Both the position numbers and the translations under genes were made by a program. From Gammaproteobacteria bacterium (GTDB lineage: Bacteria; Pseudomonadota; Gammaproteobacteria; GCA-001735895), in assembly GCA_050298595.1 (NCBI GenBank), contig JBNKUM010000067.1, positions 2,976 to 66,975 of the forward strand: DNA of 64,000 nt. Direction: 5' to 3'. Below are positions 1-12,908 of the stretch, one piece after another (within the stretch, counting starts at the first letter, position 1; every line of letters starts with the position of its first letter). The notes under the pieces were generated by a model that did no database searches, was not told the DNA's origin, and worked only from the letters and a program-made list of their open reading frames with translations.

Positions 1-215
1 TCGTGACGATATTTGTTATCTTCCAGGCAATTAAAGGTGCTCACATTAGTTTTTAACCAACTGTATTTAAAGGATTAATTCGAAAAGGCGAGATTCGACA
101 TAAATTATGGAGCAAATTGTCATTGGATCATCATCGAAAAACCATCAATCTTCAGACTGATGCGATAACACCATCATGTTGTCATTTAAATCCACCTGAT
201 AAGAGCTTGAACGAC

Positions 216-2015
216 ATGTCTGAATATAAAGTCCCTCATCGAGATATGAGCTTTGTACTGAATGAAGTACTCGATTTACCGGCCCACTATAGTGAGCTAC
301 CCGATTGTGAGGAAGTCACACCAGATCTGGTAGAAGCTATTCTTGAAGAATGCGGAAAATTTTCCGAACGCGTACTTTCACCCTTAAACCAGATTGGCGA
401 CCAGCAGGGTTGCAAATTCAATGATGGCGAAGTTACCACGCCTGACGGTTTTAAAGAAGCATACCAGCAATATTGTGAGGCTGGCTGGCCTTCACTCCCA
501 CATAGCCCCGAATGGGGTGGCCAGGGTCTTCCTGAATCACTAGGTATCTTAGTCAGTGAAATGACGGGGACCGCTAACTGGTCCTGGAGCATGTATACTC
601 ATTTGAGTCATGGCGCCATGAACACTCTGGAGCAGCATGGCACGCAGCAACAGAAGGAAACCTACCTGCCTCCTCTGGTAAGCGGTGAATGGACCGGCAC
701 CATGTGCCTGACTGAACCACACTGCGGCACCGATCTGGGTATGTTGCGTACCAAAGCCGAACCTCAGGAAGATGGTAGCTACACTATCAATGGCAGCAAA
801 ATCTTTATCTCGGCCGGACAGCATGACATGTCCTCCAACATCGTGCATATAGTGCTGGCGCGTCTACCCGGCGCACCCGAAGGTACCAAAGGTATCTCGT
901 TATTTGTAGTGCCCAGACAGTTACCCGACGAACAAGGTAATGCAGGTGCAGCAAACGGCGTTAGCTGCGGCTCTATTGAACATAAGATGGGGATACATGG
1001 CAATGCAACCTGCACCATTAACTTCGATGACGCAAAGGGCTTTTTAATTGGCCCACCGAATAAAGGCCTCAACTGCATGTTTACCTTTATGAATGGTGCA
1101 CGTATAGGCACAGCTGTGCAGGGTCTGGGGCATGCTGAAATGAGTTTCCAGAACTCTTTGACCTATGCACGCGAACGCCTGCAAATGCGCGCACTGACAG
1201 GCCCCAAAGCACCCGACAAAGCGGCCGACCCCATCATTGTGCATCCTGAAGTCCGCAAGATGCTGCTGATCCAGAAATCAATCGCCGAAGGTGGTAGAGC
1301 CATGCTGTACTTCCTTGCCATGCAGGCAGATAAAGCGCTGCGCCTGAAAGATGAAAAGGAGCGTACCGAAGCAGATACCTTATTATCCTTCATGACCCCT
1401 ATTGCAAAAGCTTTTCTGACCGAAATGGGCTTTGAAGCAGCTAATCATGGACTGCAGGTTTTTGGTGGTCATGGCTATATCGCTGAACACGGCATGGAAC
1501 AAAATGTACGCGATTGCCGTATCTCCATGCTATACGAAGGTACCACTCAGATACAGGCGCTAGATTTACTGGGACGTAAAGTTCTGATGACCAAGGGCGA
1601 TTCATTAAAGATGTTCACCAAAATCATCCACCTGTTCTGTAAAGAGCATGCCAAAGACAAGGCGATGAAAGAATTCATCAAACCGCTTGAAGAGCTGAAC
1701 AAGGAATGGGGCTCCATCACCATGAAGATTGGTATGAAAGCGATGATGAACAAGGATGAAGTTGGTGCCGCCTCGGTGGATTACCTGATGTACTCTGGCT
1801 ATGCAGTACTGGCCTATTTCTGGGCGAGAATGGCCAAAACTGCGCAGTTAAAACTTGCCGAAGGTAGTTCTGAGACAGGCTTTTATCAGGCAAAAATCAC
1901 CACTGCTCGTTTTTATTATCAGCGTATGTTGCCGCGCACCCGCAGTCTGGTGGAAACCATGCAGTCAGGCGCAGATAACCTGATGTCGCTGGATGAAGAG
2001 AACTTTTCATTTTAA
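216..2015 (+). CDS. Long-form acyl-CoA dehydrogenase (about 600 aa family with C-terminal extension)
   Basis: The N-terminus MSEYKVPHRDMSFVLNEV matches the conserved start of roughly 600-aa acyl-CoA dehydrogenases. The ORF track begins at a TTG at 117, but the ATG at 216 is preceded by an AAGAG Shine-Dalgarno-like motif. The gene lies directly upstream of fadBA. Confidence 0.85.
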   Translation: MSEYKVPHRDMSFVLNEVLDLPAHYSELPDCEEVTPDLVEAILEECGKFSERVLSPLNQIGDQQGCKFNDGEVTTPDGFKEAYQQYCEAGWPSLPHSPEWGGQGLPESLGILVSEMTGTANWSWSMYTHLSHGAMNTLEQHGTQQQKETYLPPLVSGEWTGTMCLTEPHCGTDLGMLRTKAEPQEDGSYTINGSKIFISAGQHDMSSNIVHIVLARLPGAPEGTKGISLFVVPRQLPDEQGNAGAANGVSCGSIEHKMGIHGNATCTINFDDAKGFLIGPPNKGLNCMFTFMNGARIGTAVQGLGHAEMSFQNSLTYARERLQMRALTGPKAPDKAADPIIVHPEVRKMLLIQKSIAEGGRAMLYFLAMQADKALRLKDEKERTEADTLLSFMTPIAKAFLTEMGFEAANHGLQVFGGHGYIAEHGMEQNVRDCRISMLYEGTTQIQALDLLGRKVLMTKGDSLKMFTKIIHLFCKEHAKDKAMKEFIKPLEELNKEWGSITMKIGMKAMMNKDEVGAASVDYLMYSGYAVLAYFWARMAKTAQLKLAEGSSETGFYQAKITTARFYYQRMLPRTRSLVETMQSGADNLMSLDEENFSF

Positions 2016-2066
2016 AGCACAAAACACCCGCTTTAATGATGACACTAAACCCAAAAGGAGAACCCT

Positions 2067-2384
2067 ATGAGTGATGTAACAACGCTATTAGACACCATGC
2101 AACAGCGATTCAGCCCAGACGCAGCAGCCGGAATGGACGCTATTTTTCAATACGATATTACCGATGAAGGTAGCTGGCATATCTCGGTTAAGCAAAATCA
2201 ATGCGAGATTGCACCCGCCGATACCAGCGAAGCCACAGTCACGTTAAGCATGAGCAAAGACACTCTGGCTGAGGTTATCAGTGGTGAAACCGATGGCATG
2301 CAGGCATTTATGATGGGCGATATCACCGCCACTGGCGACGTGATGCTGGCTACACGCCTAAGTGATCTTTTTCCGCTGACTTAA
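2067..2384 (+). CDS. SCP2 sterol-binding domain protein
   Basis: A 105-aa protein with SCP-2-like sequence (AIFQYDITDEGSWHISV...GDITATGDVMLA). A good AAAAGGAG RBS is present. It sits between the acyl-CoA dehydrogenase and fadB. Confidence 0.7.
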   Translation: MSDVTTLLDTMQQRFSPDAAAGMDAIFQYDITDEGSWHISVKQNQCEIAPADTSEATVTLSMSKDTLAEVISGETDGMQAFMMGDITATGDVMLATRLSDLFPLT

Positions 2385-2442
2385 GGCAGTCAGTTACTAA
2401 CACATTTTATAAATAACTACTCTGATAAAGGAGACATATGCC

Positions 2443-5783
<3,341 letters not shown>

Positions 5784-5796
5784 GCAATATCCACTG

Positions 5797-5840
5797 GTGA
5801 CTATGGCCCGAAAGCCATGGTCACCATTTACAACTTATAT
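5797..5840 (+). terminator. Putative rho-independent terminator after fadA
   Basis: A 13-bp stem (tggtgactatggc / gccatggtcacca, one mismatch) with a ccgaaa loop, followed by a weak T-rich tract. Confidence 0.35.
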
Positions 5841-5960
5841 CACCAAAACTGCACTATCCTCCCACGGACTGGTTGCTATCAGCTTGACCGGGCATTCAAG
5901 CTAGATATTTGGAAACATAGTCTCTATACTTTCCAGATTAACAAATCGGGCTAAAAAGCT

Positions 5961-6662
5961 ATGGACTTCAACGCTTTATCTAAACGACTTATCACAATTG
6001 GTTTGCTTATCTTTTTAAATGCCTGCGCAGAAGATGGGGCCGAAAAAGATTCAAGGGTTGTTATTTCAGATTCTGATGTAATTTCTGATCTTACTGACTT
6101 ACAGTATCAACTGCCCATAGTCGTTCAGGTAGCTGACTCAGATGGATCTCCTCAGGCAAATGCAGAGGTGAAAATAACCTTAACGACCCTGGGCTACTAC
6201 AAAGGCTACTATACTTATCAGGATATCAAGCTGCCACTTGACGGCACCCCTGAGCAATGGGCAGAATTTACATCATCCGTCCTGTGTCCTGCTGAAGACA
6301 TTAACAATAATTTAATGATGGATGCGGGAGAAGATCTCAATGGAAACGGCCTGTTGGAACCAGAAACACCCACCATTACCACACACCCTTCCGAGATACC
6401 AACCCTGATAGCCGGCACATCTACCCTGATCACTGACAGCAATGGCTTTGGGTATTTCACTATCACTTACCCTAAATCTGAAGCCCATTGGGTTAGATAC
6501 AGGCTGACAGCAACTACTCAAGGTGGTTTATCTGAAAATAGAGATGTTTTCGAACGTAATTTACCAGTCTCTGTAGCCGATTTGGAAAAACCGCAGAATG
6601 AACCGCCAGCCTTTATGAAAAGTCCTTATGGTATCACCGCCAACTGCGCCAGCACTAACTAA
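5961..6662 (+). CDS. Hypothetical lipoprotein
   Basis: Signal peptide with a lipobox-like LNAC motif. I recognised no family. Confidence 0.5.
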   Translation: MDFNALSKRLITIGLLIFLNACAEDGAEKDSRVVISDSDVISDLTDLQYQLPIVVQVADSDGSPQANAEVKITLTTLGYYKGYYTYQDIKLPLDGTPEQWAEFTSSVLCPAEDINNNLMMDAGEDLNGNGLLEPETPTITTHPSEIPTLIAGTSTLITDSNGFGYFTITYPKSEAHWVRYRLTATTQGGLSENRDVFERNLPVSVADLEKPQNEPPAFMKSPYGITANCASTN

Positions 6663-6854
6663 AACAACCCAAAAGAAACCGAACTCGACATAATTTAACA
6701 GCCATTTAATCTAATTAAATAGCTATTAACTGGTAGATTCAGTCATTTCATCCAGCAGCTTTTTGGGATGAATCAGGGCATCCAGCTGGTTATCGTAAAT
6801 CTTGCCCAATAACTGAGCCACATGTTAAATCTTTATTTTTTATCTGACTTGAAC

Positions 6855-7095
6855 CTAGAATCCGCAGTTGGACGAATTGTAGTGCGTTTGTGGTGGTAAC
6901 GCAGAGATACGCCGCCTCAAACGTGCAATTCAGCTCGTAGCGGGACTCACCTGTTGGGTTTTCAGCATGGATGCTGTTATTTCGCGAATGCATGGAAGCA
7001 TAGGAGCGTGAAAATACAAACTGACTATGATCGTTTACGAAACAGTGGGTTACTCTCCAATGCGAGCGGTTAACTGCGGAATCCAGGTTAAAGGG
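6855..7095. repeat. Composite intergenic repeat: a roughly 103-nt ERIC-like conserved core (6897-6999) flanked by an inverted pair of REP-like GAATCCGCAGTTGG motifs
   Basis: The core is about 88% identical to 40247-40349. The flanking motifs are ctagaatccgcagttgg (6855-6871) and ccaactgcggaatccagg (about 7069-7089). Confidence 0.5.
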
Positions 7096-7140
7096 AGTTG
7101 CTATCACCTAAGAGATTATGACCCTTTGATGCTATTGATC

Positions 7141-7215
7141 AACTACTAAAAGATTATCCACGAAGCACACGAATATAAACCTCTATTAATCTTCTTGCTC
7201 TTCATGGTTAATAAT
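7141..7215. repeat. MITE-like element with a CCACGAAG / CTATTAATCTTC core (copy 1)
   Basis: The sequence aaagattatccacgaagcacac...aacctctattaatcttc recurs at 12636-12700. Confidence 0.35.
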
Positions 7216-7279
7216 ACTTTCTAACCATGAGAAAAGTATTCAATATAGGTTGTCCATGTTTGCATTAAATCCCTGAAAT

Positions 7280-7696
7280 TTATACTCCACTGTGTGAGTC
7301 ATTACTCGGCAGCAGGCTAGCAATAATCTTATCAACATCGTCGTAATCCTTTCCTTCATCCTCTACCGGGCAATTGTAGGTTACGAAGAGCATCAGCTGT
7401 CCACAGCAGAGATACCATTCACACCAATATTCTTCTTTAGTTGAATAGTCAAACCAGAATCCATGAAAATCATCCAGATCCAGCTCCTGTGGACTCGCGC
7501 CAGCTTGAAGATCTTCTTCTGCAATATGCATGAGATCATTCGGGGTTAATTCTTTATCGTGAATCACCGAACTGATGTGAACTTCGCCATGAGCGTTTTC
7601 GCCAAACAATACATCAATGCCTTCCTCATTGTCGTACTCCGAGTCCCAGGTGTCAGGTATGCTGACGGTAAAGTAGTTGCCTTGATGGATTTTCAT
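7280..7696 (-). CDS. Hypothetical acidic protein
   Basis: A 138-aa ORF with no recognised family and a coding-like composition. Confidence 0.45.
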   Translation of the reverse strand: MKIHQGNYFTVSIPDTWDSEYDNEEGIDVLFGENAHGEVHISSVIHDKELTPNDLMHIAEEDLQAGASPQELDLDDFHGFWFDYSTKEEYWCEWYLCCGQLMLFVTYNCPVEDEGKDYDDVDKIIASLLPSNDSHSGV

Positions 7697-7818
7697 AATG
7701 TGAATCTAATGATTGGGAGGAATGATCTGCATATTGTACAGCAGCTTGTTCACTCGGGCGAAATATCACAGCCGGTATGAGCGACTATTCCTGTATCATC
7801 TAAGGCTTTTAGTCTACC

Positions 7819-8829
7819 TTGATTTGTGTGATTCTCGCTCCCGAAAATAGCCCTGTGCCAGATTCTATTACTCCGCCTGCAAGAATTTTACTTGCACCTA
7901 TGGAAAGTGTGATCGATTTTAATATGCGCCACTTGTTGACGAAGATTGGGAGCTTTGATCGATGTGTGACTGAATTTATCCGGGTCACAAACACCGTATT
8001 GCCTGCTCGGGTATTCCAGCGTTATTGTCCCGAGCTGCATCAGGATAGTCGTACCAGCAATGGCACACCCGTATTTGTACAACTGATGGGTGGCGATCCA
8101 TTGATGATGGCAGCAAATGCCAAACGAGCCTCAGAACTGGGTAGTGCCGGTATTGATCTTAATTTTGGCTGCCCGGCAAAAACTGTCAACCGAAAAGACG
8201 GTGGCTCTATTTTGTTACAGACACCCGCACGAGTGAAGGCTATCGTACAGGCTGTGCGGGATATTGTTCCTGAGACCGTGCCGGTTAGCGCAAAAATCAG
8301 GTTGGGTTTTGATGACAGTCGTTTACTCACACAGCTCTGCACTGGAATAGAGCAGGCTGGTGCCGATGAACTCTGTATCCATGCCCGTACAAAGCAGGAT
8401 GGTTACAAACCGCCTGCATACTGGTCTCAAATAAAACCTGTCCGTGAGTTGCTTTCCATACCTGTAGTGGTCAACGGTGAAATATGGAATCCACATGATG
8501 CCGATAAGGCAATCTATGAAAGCCAATGTAGCGACCTGATGCTCGGCCGTGGCGCTATTGCCTGTCCCGATCTGTCGATGCAAATCCGCGCTCGCTTATC
8601 AGGAGTCGAATATACGCCATTACAATGGCCAGAGATTGTGGAGTTATTGCAGCAATCATTCGATAGTACCGTACATGTACGACAGAAACATACCGGTAAT
8701 CGTCTTAAACAATGGCTGGTTTATCTTAAACGACAATACCCCCAGGCTGGAGAGCTTTTGCAATCCATTAAGCCACTCAAGGAAATTCATGCGATTAATG
8801 TTGCAATCGAAAGGCATCGTTCACGGTGA
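7819..8829 (+). CDS. dusC: tRNA-dihydrouridine(16) synthase
   Basis: From ILLAPMESVIDF onward it is colinear with DusC (LLAPMEGV..., CITEFIRV, DLNFGCPAKTVN, VNGEIW). The exact start is uncertain, since the conserved region begins about 25 codons into the ORF. Confidence 0.85.
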   Translation: MICVILAPENSPVPDSITPPARILLAPMESVIDFNMRHLLTKIGSFDRCVTEFIRVTNTVLPARVFQRYCPELHQDSRTSNGTPVFVQLMGGDPLMMAANAKRASELGSAGIDLNFGCPAKTVNRKDGGSILLQTPARVKAIVQAVRDIVPETVPVSAKIRLGFDDSRLLTQLCTGIEQAGADELCIHARTKQDGYKPPAYWSQIKPVRELLSIPVVVNGEIWNPHDADKAIYESQCSDLMLGRGAIACPDLSMQIRARLSGVEYTPLQWPEIVELLQQSFDSTVHVRQKHTGNRLKQWLVYLKRQYPQAGELLQSIKPLKEIHAINVAIERHRSR

Positions 8830-8889
8830 ATTCACTTAACTCAGTGCCAAACATAAGGTCTGCCACCTAAGGACATACTACTTTCACCA

Positions 8890-11800
8890 TTATTTTAAAT
8901 ACTGTTTTATAAAAGTACTTATCCCCTCAAGATCAAACCCTTTGGCCAGTTTGTTAAGCTTTCGGGCAAAAGAAATGTAAACCTCATTCTCTGCTTGCAG
9001 ACGAGAGGCCAGCTCCTGTATTTCAAAGACTTGTCCTATATCGGCTAACTGATACAACTCACGCAGCTGGTCGCTGGGCGGTGCAACCAGTGCTGCCTCG
9101 TGGTCGCTTTCTTCCTCAGCGTATACCAGGGTCAATCCCAGTTGCTTTTCCAGGATGTGGTAGATCTCATCGAAGCGGTAGGGCTTGCTGACGTAGTCAT
9201 CCATGCCTGATGCACGTAAGGTTTCCTCCTCCTCTTTTAGGGCGGATGCGGTAACGGCGACGACCTTCACCTGGTCCCCACCCGGCAATTCGCGAATGCG
9301 ACGGGTGGCCTCGTCCCCATCCATGACTGGCATGCGTCTATCCATCAAGATCAGGTCTGGCCTCCATTGCTGGAATATCTGTATACACTCTTCGCCGTTC
9401 TGCGCCACCTTTACGTCCAGGCCGAGGTCAGTCATCACCCTGGCGAGCAGGATTTGACTGTCCCGCTGATCCTCGGCGATCAGGATGCGGCGGGTGGCCT
9501 GCCCCGGCGCGAGGCCTGCCACTGCTCCGTGAGTTTCAGCACTGAGGCGGATCATCTCCGCTTCATCGGGCTCATTCAGCGGCAGATCGACGCGAAACAG
9601 CGAGCCCTGGCCCGGTTTGCTTTCAACGGAGACACTTCCACCCATCAGTTGCACGAACTGGCGCACGATGGCAAGTCCCAGGCCGGTCCCCTCCTGCGAA
9701 GAAGTGCCTGCGGACAGCTGTTCGAAAGGCTTGAACAGACGCCGTTGATCCTTTTTGCTAATCCCTGGGCCATTATCCTCGACCTCGATCAGTAGATGGT
9801 GATGGGCATTGTGTTTGCTGCGCAGGCGCATGGTTACGCTGCCCTGTTTGGTGAACTTCACCGCATTGCTCACCAGGTTGACCAGGATTTGCCGTAGCCG
9901 CGCCTCGTCGCCCTTGATGTAGCGAGGAAACGCTGACGACTGATCCAGCTCTAGTTGCAGCCCCTTCTGTTGCGCCTTCAGTCTCATCATGTCACTTACC
10001 TCACGCACCAGTTCATGCAGGTCAAAGGTGGAGATCTCCAGTTGCTGTTTACCCGCCTCAATCTTGGAGATCTCCAGTACATCGTTGATCAGCTTGAGCA
10101 GGTGATCGCCACTTTTGTTGATGATTTCCAGGTTTTCCCGCTGGCTGGAATTCAGAGACTGGTCCTTACGCATCAGTTGCGAGAAGCCGAGGATGGCGTT
10201 GAGTGGGGTGCGCAACTCATGGCTCATGTTGGCGAGGAAGGTGCTCTTCGCTTTGTTGGCCGCCTCTGCCGCATCACGCGCCAGGCGCAGCTCATCAGTA
10301 CGTTGCTGCACCAGCTCTTCCAGCTCATCCTTGTGCCGACGTAACGTCTCCTCTGCCTGTTTTTGATAGGTGATGTCGTGTGCAATCCCCAGCACGCTGA
10401 CCACCTTGTCCTCCTCATCGTGCTCTGGCGCATACAGGACTTCAAAAGTGCGCGGACCGTCGACCGTTTGCCATTGCATCTGAAGCTTCTGTGTTTGTGC
10501 GGTCGCAAACACCTGAAGGATGGATTGCTCAAGTTCGTAATTTATTGCGTCATCACCCGGCTTACCAATTTGTGTCGGGCTTTTGCCGATGAAGGTCTTG
10601 CGCGGGATGCCAAACGTTTTTTCTACAGACGGATTGACGAACAGGTGACGGCAGTCAGGGGCGAAACGGGTGATACAGTCAGGCAGGTTCTCGATCAGTG
10701 TGCGATAGTCTCGCTCTCGCGCTACCAGTGTCTGTTCTGCAAGTTTGCGCTCGCTAATATCCCGTACCAGGGCAAGATTATAACTCTGTTCGGCATATTC
10801 AATGAAATTGGCGCTAATTTCGACCGGTATGATACGCCCATCCTTTGCTCTATGCCGTCCCTCGAAGGTGATTGATCTCTTTTCCTGCAGATCCCGCCAA
10901 TGCTCCGGCCAGCGAACGGCCGGCCAGTCAGGGTCGATATCCTCCACGCCAGAAGCAAGCAATTCATCGTGAGAATAGCCCAGAATGCGACAGGCCTCCT
11001 CGTTCACGAAGTGGAATCTGGCCCTTTCGTCGATCAGGAATGCCGCTTCATGCACACTATTCAGGGCAAAGCTCAGCAGAGTGACCTGATGTTCGGTCTG
11101 CTTACGCTCTGTGATATCTTCCGAAATCCCCAGTAGATAGACAGGTAGTCCCTCTTTGTTACGCAGGGCAAGTTTTCTGGTATGCAGAATGCGGGTGCCG
11201 TTTACCGTTTCGACAGGCTCTTCCGGGATGTCCACTACACCCGTCTGAGTCAGCACATCACGGTCCTTGCTAATGAAGAAATCGGCCTGTTCCTTCGGAA
11301 AGAAGTCGTAATCATGCCGTCCCAGCAACTCTTCGCGACTAAGTCCCAACAGTTCCTGACCTGTACGGTTGAAGCGGATGAAGCTGAGATCTGATGCACG
11401 TTTCAGAAAGACCATTACCGGGAGATTGTCGACGATGTCGTCGAGCAGGTTTCGGCTCTCCGTGAGGGACCTGTTTAGTAGCAGCATGCCGATGCCAAAG
11501 AACAGCAGTAGCGTAAACACCACCGCGACGGCAACAACCTTGTCTCGGTAAAGTTCGTAAAAGTTTACCGGACGGTTAATAACGACCGAACCTTCAGGCA
11601 GAGACTTATCTTGCAGGTCGAAGCGCTGCAACTGCTCGTAATCGAAGAGGTAACGGTTCGCACTCTCCCATTCGATCGGGATTGAGTCTGCTTCTTCACC
11701 ATTGAGGATACGTATAACCTGCTGGGCTGCCACTTCGCCGTGGGCCTCGCCAGAGGTCAGCTTTCCACCGACAATACCATCGCCAAACATGTAATCCCAG

Positions 11801-12552
11801 ACCGAAAAGACTGGCTGCCTGCTGGCGTCACTGATGGCACGTACGGCAGTACTGCTGTCGATGGTCTCGCCATCATCGTTGGTGGGCCGGTTCAAGATGA
11901 AAACAACTGTATCTGACCCAGCGAGCCTGACTCTCTCCTCAATGTGCGAGAGTACTGGATCATCGAAAAGTTCAAGTTCAGAGGGCCTGCTCCGTTGTTC
12001 ATTGTCCTTTTGCAGACTCGCGAAGTTTCCACGGAAAGTCGGCGACTGCTCACCGAGTACAAGTACACGCCGCCCGGGCAGCAACTTATCAATGATCTCC
12101 AGCGTTTCCTTGAACGCAGCCTCTTCGGCAACACCCGTCAGGTTTTTGTATCGGTCCCGAATGTTGGGACTGAGGCCATTAATTCCACAGAAAACCACAG
12201 GTACGTCGGGCGCCAGCAGTGGACGCACGTCCAGCACAAAATCCAGAGCATTGTTGTCCGTTACCGCAATGACCTCAGGGGGATTCCTCTTGAATTTGCT
12301 CTCAAGGGTCTGCAGGAGATCCTGACGCATGAGATCCTTTTGCTCGCGGTAGCGTAAGGAATCGAGATACTCGATGTGCAGGTCAACCGGTATACCGTTA
12401 TTGGCAAGGGCGTTGATGAACCCCTGATGCTGAGAATCGGTCCAGGGCATGCCGCTGTGATAGGAATGGATTAATAGCACACTGTGACTCTGAGCGACAG
12501 CCGTTGCCGACAGCCCCAGCAGAGCAATGAACAAGACAAGTAGTCGAATCAT
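8890..12552 (-). CDS. Hybrid sensor histidine kinase with a fused N-terminal periplasmic ABC-type solute-binding (PF04392/COG2984-like) domain, 3 PAS, HisKA, HATPase, REC and a C-terminal helical extension
   Basis: A 1220-aa protein. After the signal peptide it has an SBP-like domain (LLIHSYHSGMPWTD...) and then a TM segment. PAS-like segments follow, then an H-box ([17 protein letters not shown]), a G-box region, and REC (DLILMDRRMPVMDG). About 90 aa follow REC without an HxxKG motif. Confidence 0.9.
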   Translation of the reverse strand: MIRLLVLFIALLGLSATAVAQSHSVLLIHSYHSGMPWTDSQHQGFINALANNGIPVDLHIEYLDSLRYREQKDLMRQDLLQTLESKFKRNPPEVIAVTDNNALDFVLDVRPLLAPDVPVVFCGINGLSPNIRDRYKNLTGVAEEAAFKETLEIIDKLLPGRRVLVLGEQSPTFRGNFASLQKDNEQRSRPSELELFDDPVLSHIEERVRLAGSDTVVFILNRPTNDDGETIDSSTAVRAISDASRQPVFSVWDYMFGDGIVGGKLTSGEAHGEVAAQQVIRILNGEEADSIPIEWESANRYLFDYEQLQRFDLQDKSLPEGSVVINRPVNFYELYRDKVVAVAVVFTLLLFFGIGMLLLNRSLTESRNLLDDIVDNLPVMVFLKRASDLSFIRFNRTGQELLGLSREELLGRHDYDFFPKEQADFFISKDRDVLTQTGVVDIPEEPVETVNGTRILHTRKLALRNKEGLPVYLLGISEDITERKQTEHQVTLLSFALNSVHEAAFLIDERARFHFVNEEACRILGYSHDELLASGVEDIDPDWPAVRWPEHWRDLQEKRSITFEGRHRAKDGRIIPVEISANFIEYAEQSYNLALVRDISERKLAEQTLVARERDYRTLIENLPDCITRFAPDCRHLFVNPSVEKTFGIPRKTFIGKSPTQIGKPGDDAINYELEQSILQVFATAQTQKLQMQWQTVDGPRTFEVLYAPEHDEEDKVVSVLGIAHDITYQKQAEETLRRHKDELEELVQQRTDELRLARDAAEAANKAKSTFLANMSHELRTPLNAILGFSQLMRKDQSLNSSQRENLEIINKSGDHLLKLINDVLEISKIEAGKQQLEISTFDLHELVREVSDMMRLKAQQKGLQLELDQSSAFPRYIKGDEARLRQILVNLVSNAVKFTKQGSVTMRLRSKHNAHHHLLIEVEDNGPGISKKDQRRLFKPFEQLSAGTSSQEGTGLGLAIVRQFVQLMGGSVSVESKPGQGSLFRVDLPLNEPDEAEMIRLSAETHGAVAGLAPGQATRRILIAEDQRDSQILLARVMTDLGLDVKVAQNGEECIQIFQQWRPDLILMDRRMPVMDGDEATRRIRELPGGDQVKVVAVTASALKEEEETLRASGMDDYVSKPYRFDEIYHILEKQLGLTLVYAEEESDHEAALVAPPSDQLRELYQLADIGQVFEIQELASRLQAENEVYISFARKLNKLAKGFDLEGISTFIKQYLK

Positions 12553-12635
12553 CTGATGGTTCTCCGTCTAGACCGATACACCTTTACCAAAGGTGAAAAG
12601 TTCTTTGATTTAGGTTCCTAATAATTTTTCGCCTG

Positions 12636-12775
12636 TCAAAAGATTAACCACGAAGTACACAGAGCGCACGAAGAAAAACCTCTATTAATCTTCGTGACCT
12701 CGGCAACTGCTCGGCTCAGGCTTCCTGCGTTGTTCTAATTACGGGCATCCTGCCCTAATTCGTGGTTAATTAGAT
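12636..12775. repeat. MITE-like element with terminal inverted repeats TTAACCACGAAG...CTTCGTGGTTAAT (copy 2)
   Basis: It shares aaagatta(a/t)ccacgaag(c/t)acac...aaacctctattaatcttc with 7141-7200. It lies in the promoter region of the 1220-aa kinase. Confidence 0.35.
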
Positions 12776-12908
12776 TTTCGAGTCATTGCATTCACAACGA
12801 CAGCCTTGAACGAATTAATCGAAGACTCCTTGGTAGTAAAATATATCACTCCGTCATCTAACAATTTAAAATTCAAGAGTTCAGACGCGTGGGTCAATGC
12901 GCCAATAG

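Noticed and set aside
117-215. TTG-initiated N-terminal extension of the acyl-CoA dehydrogenase ORF
   Set aside because: The conserved family N-terminus begins at the ATG at 216 (MSEYKVP...). The extension has no homology and the ATG has a better RBS.
9203-12357. Multiple 60-170 aa ORFs on the + strand inside the 1220-aa kinase gene, and similar ORFs inside the other kinases at 27348-29365 and 31863-34021
   Set aside because: They are antisense to a strongly supported long CDS, have low-complexity Ser/Arg-rich translations, and match no known family.
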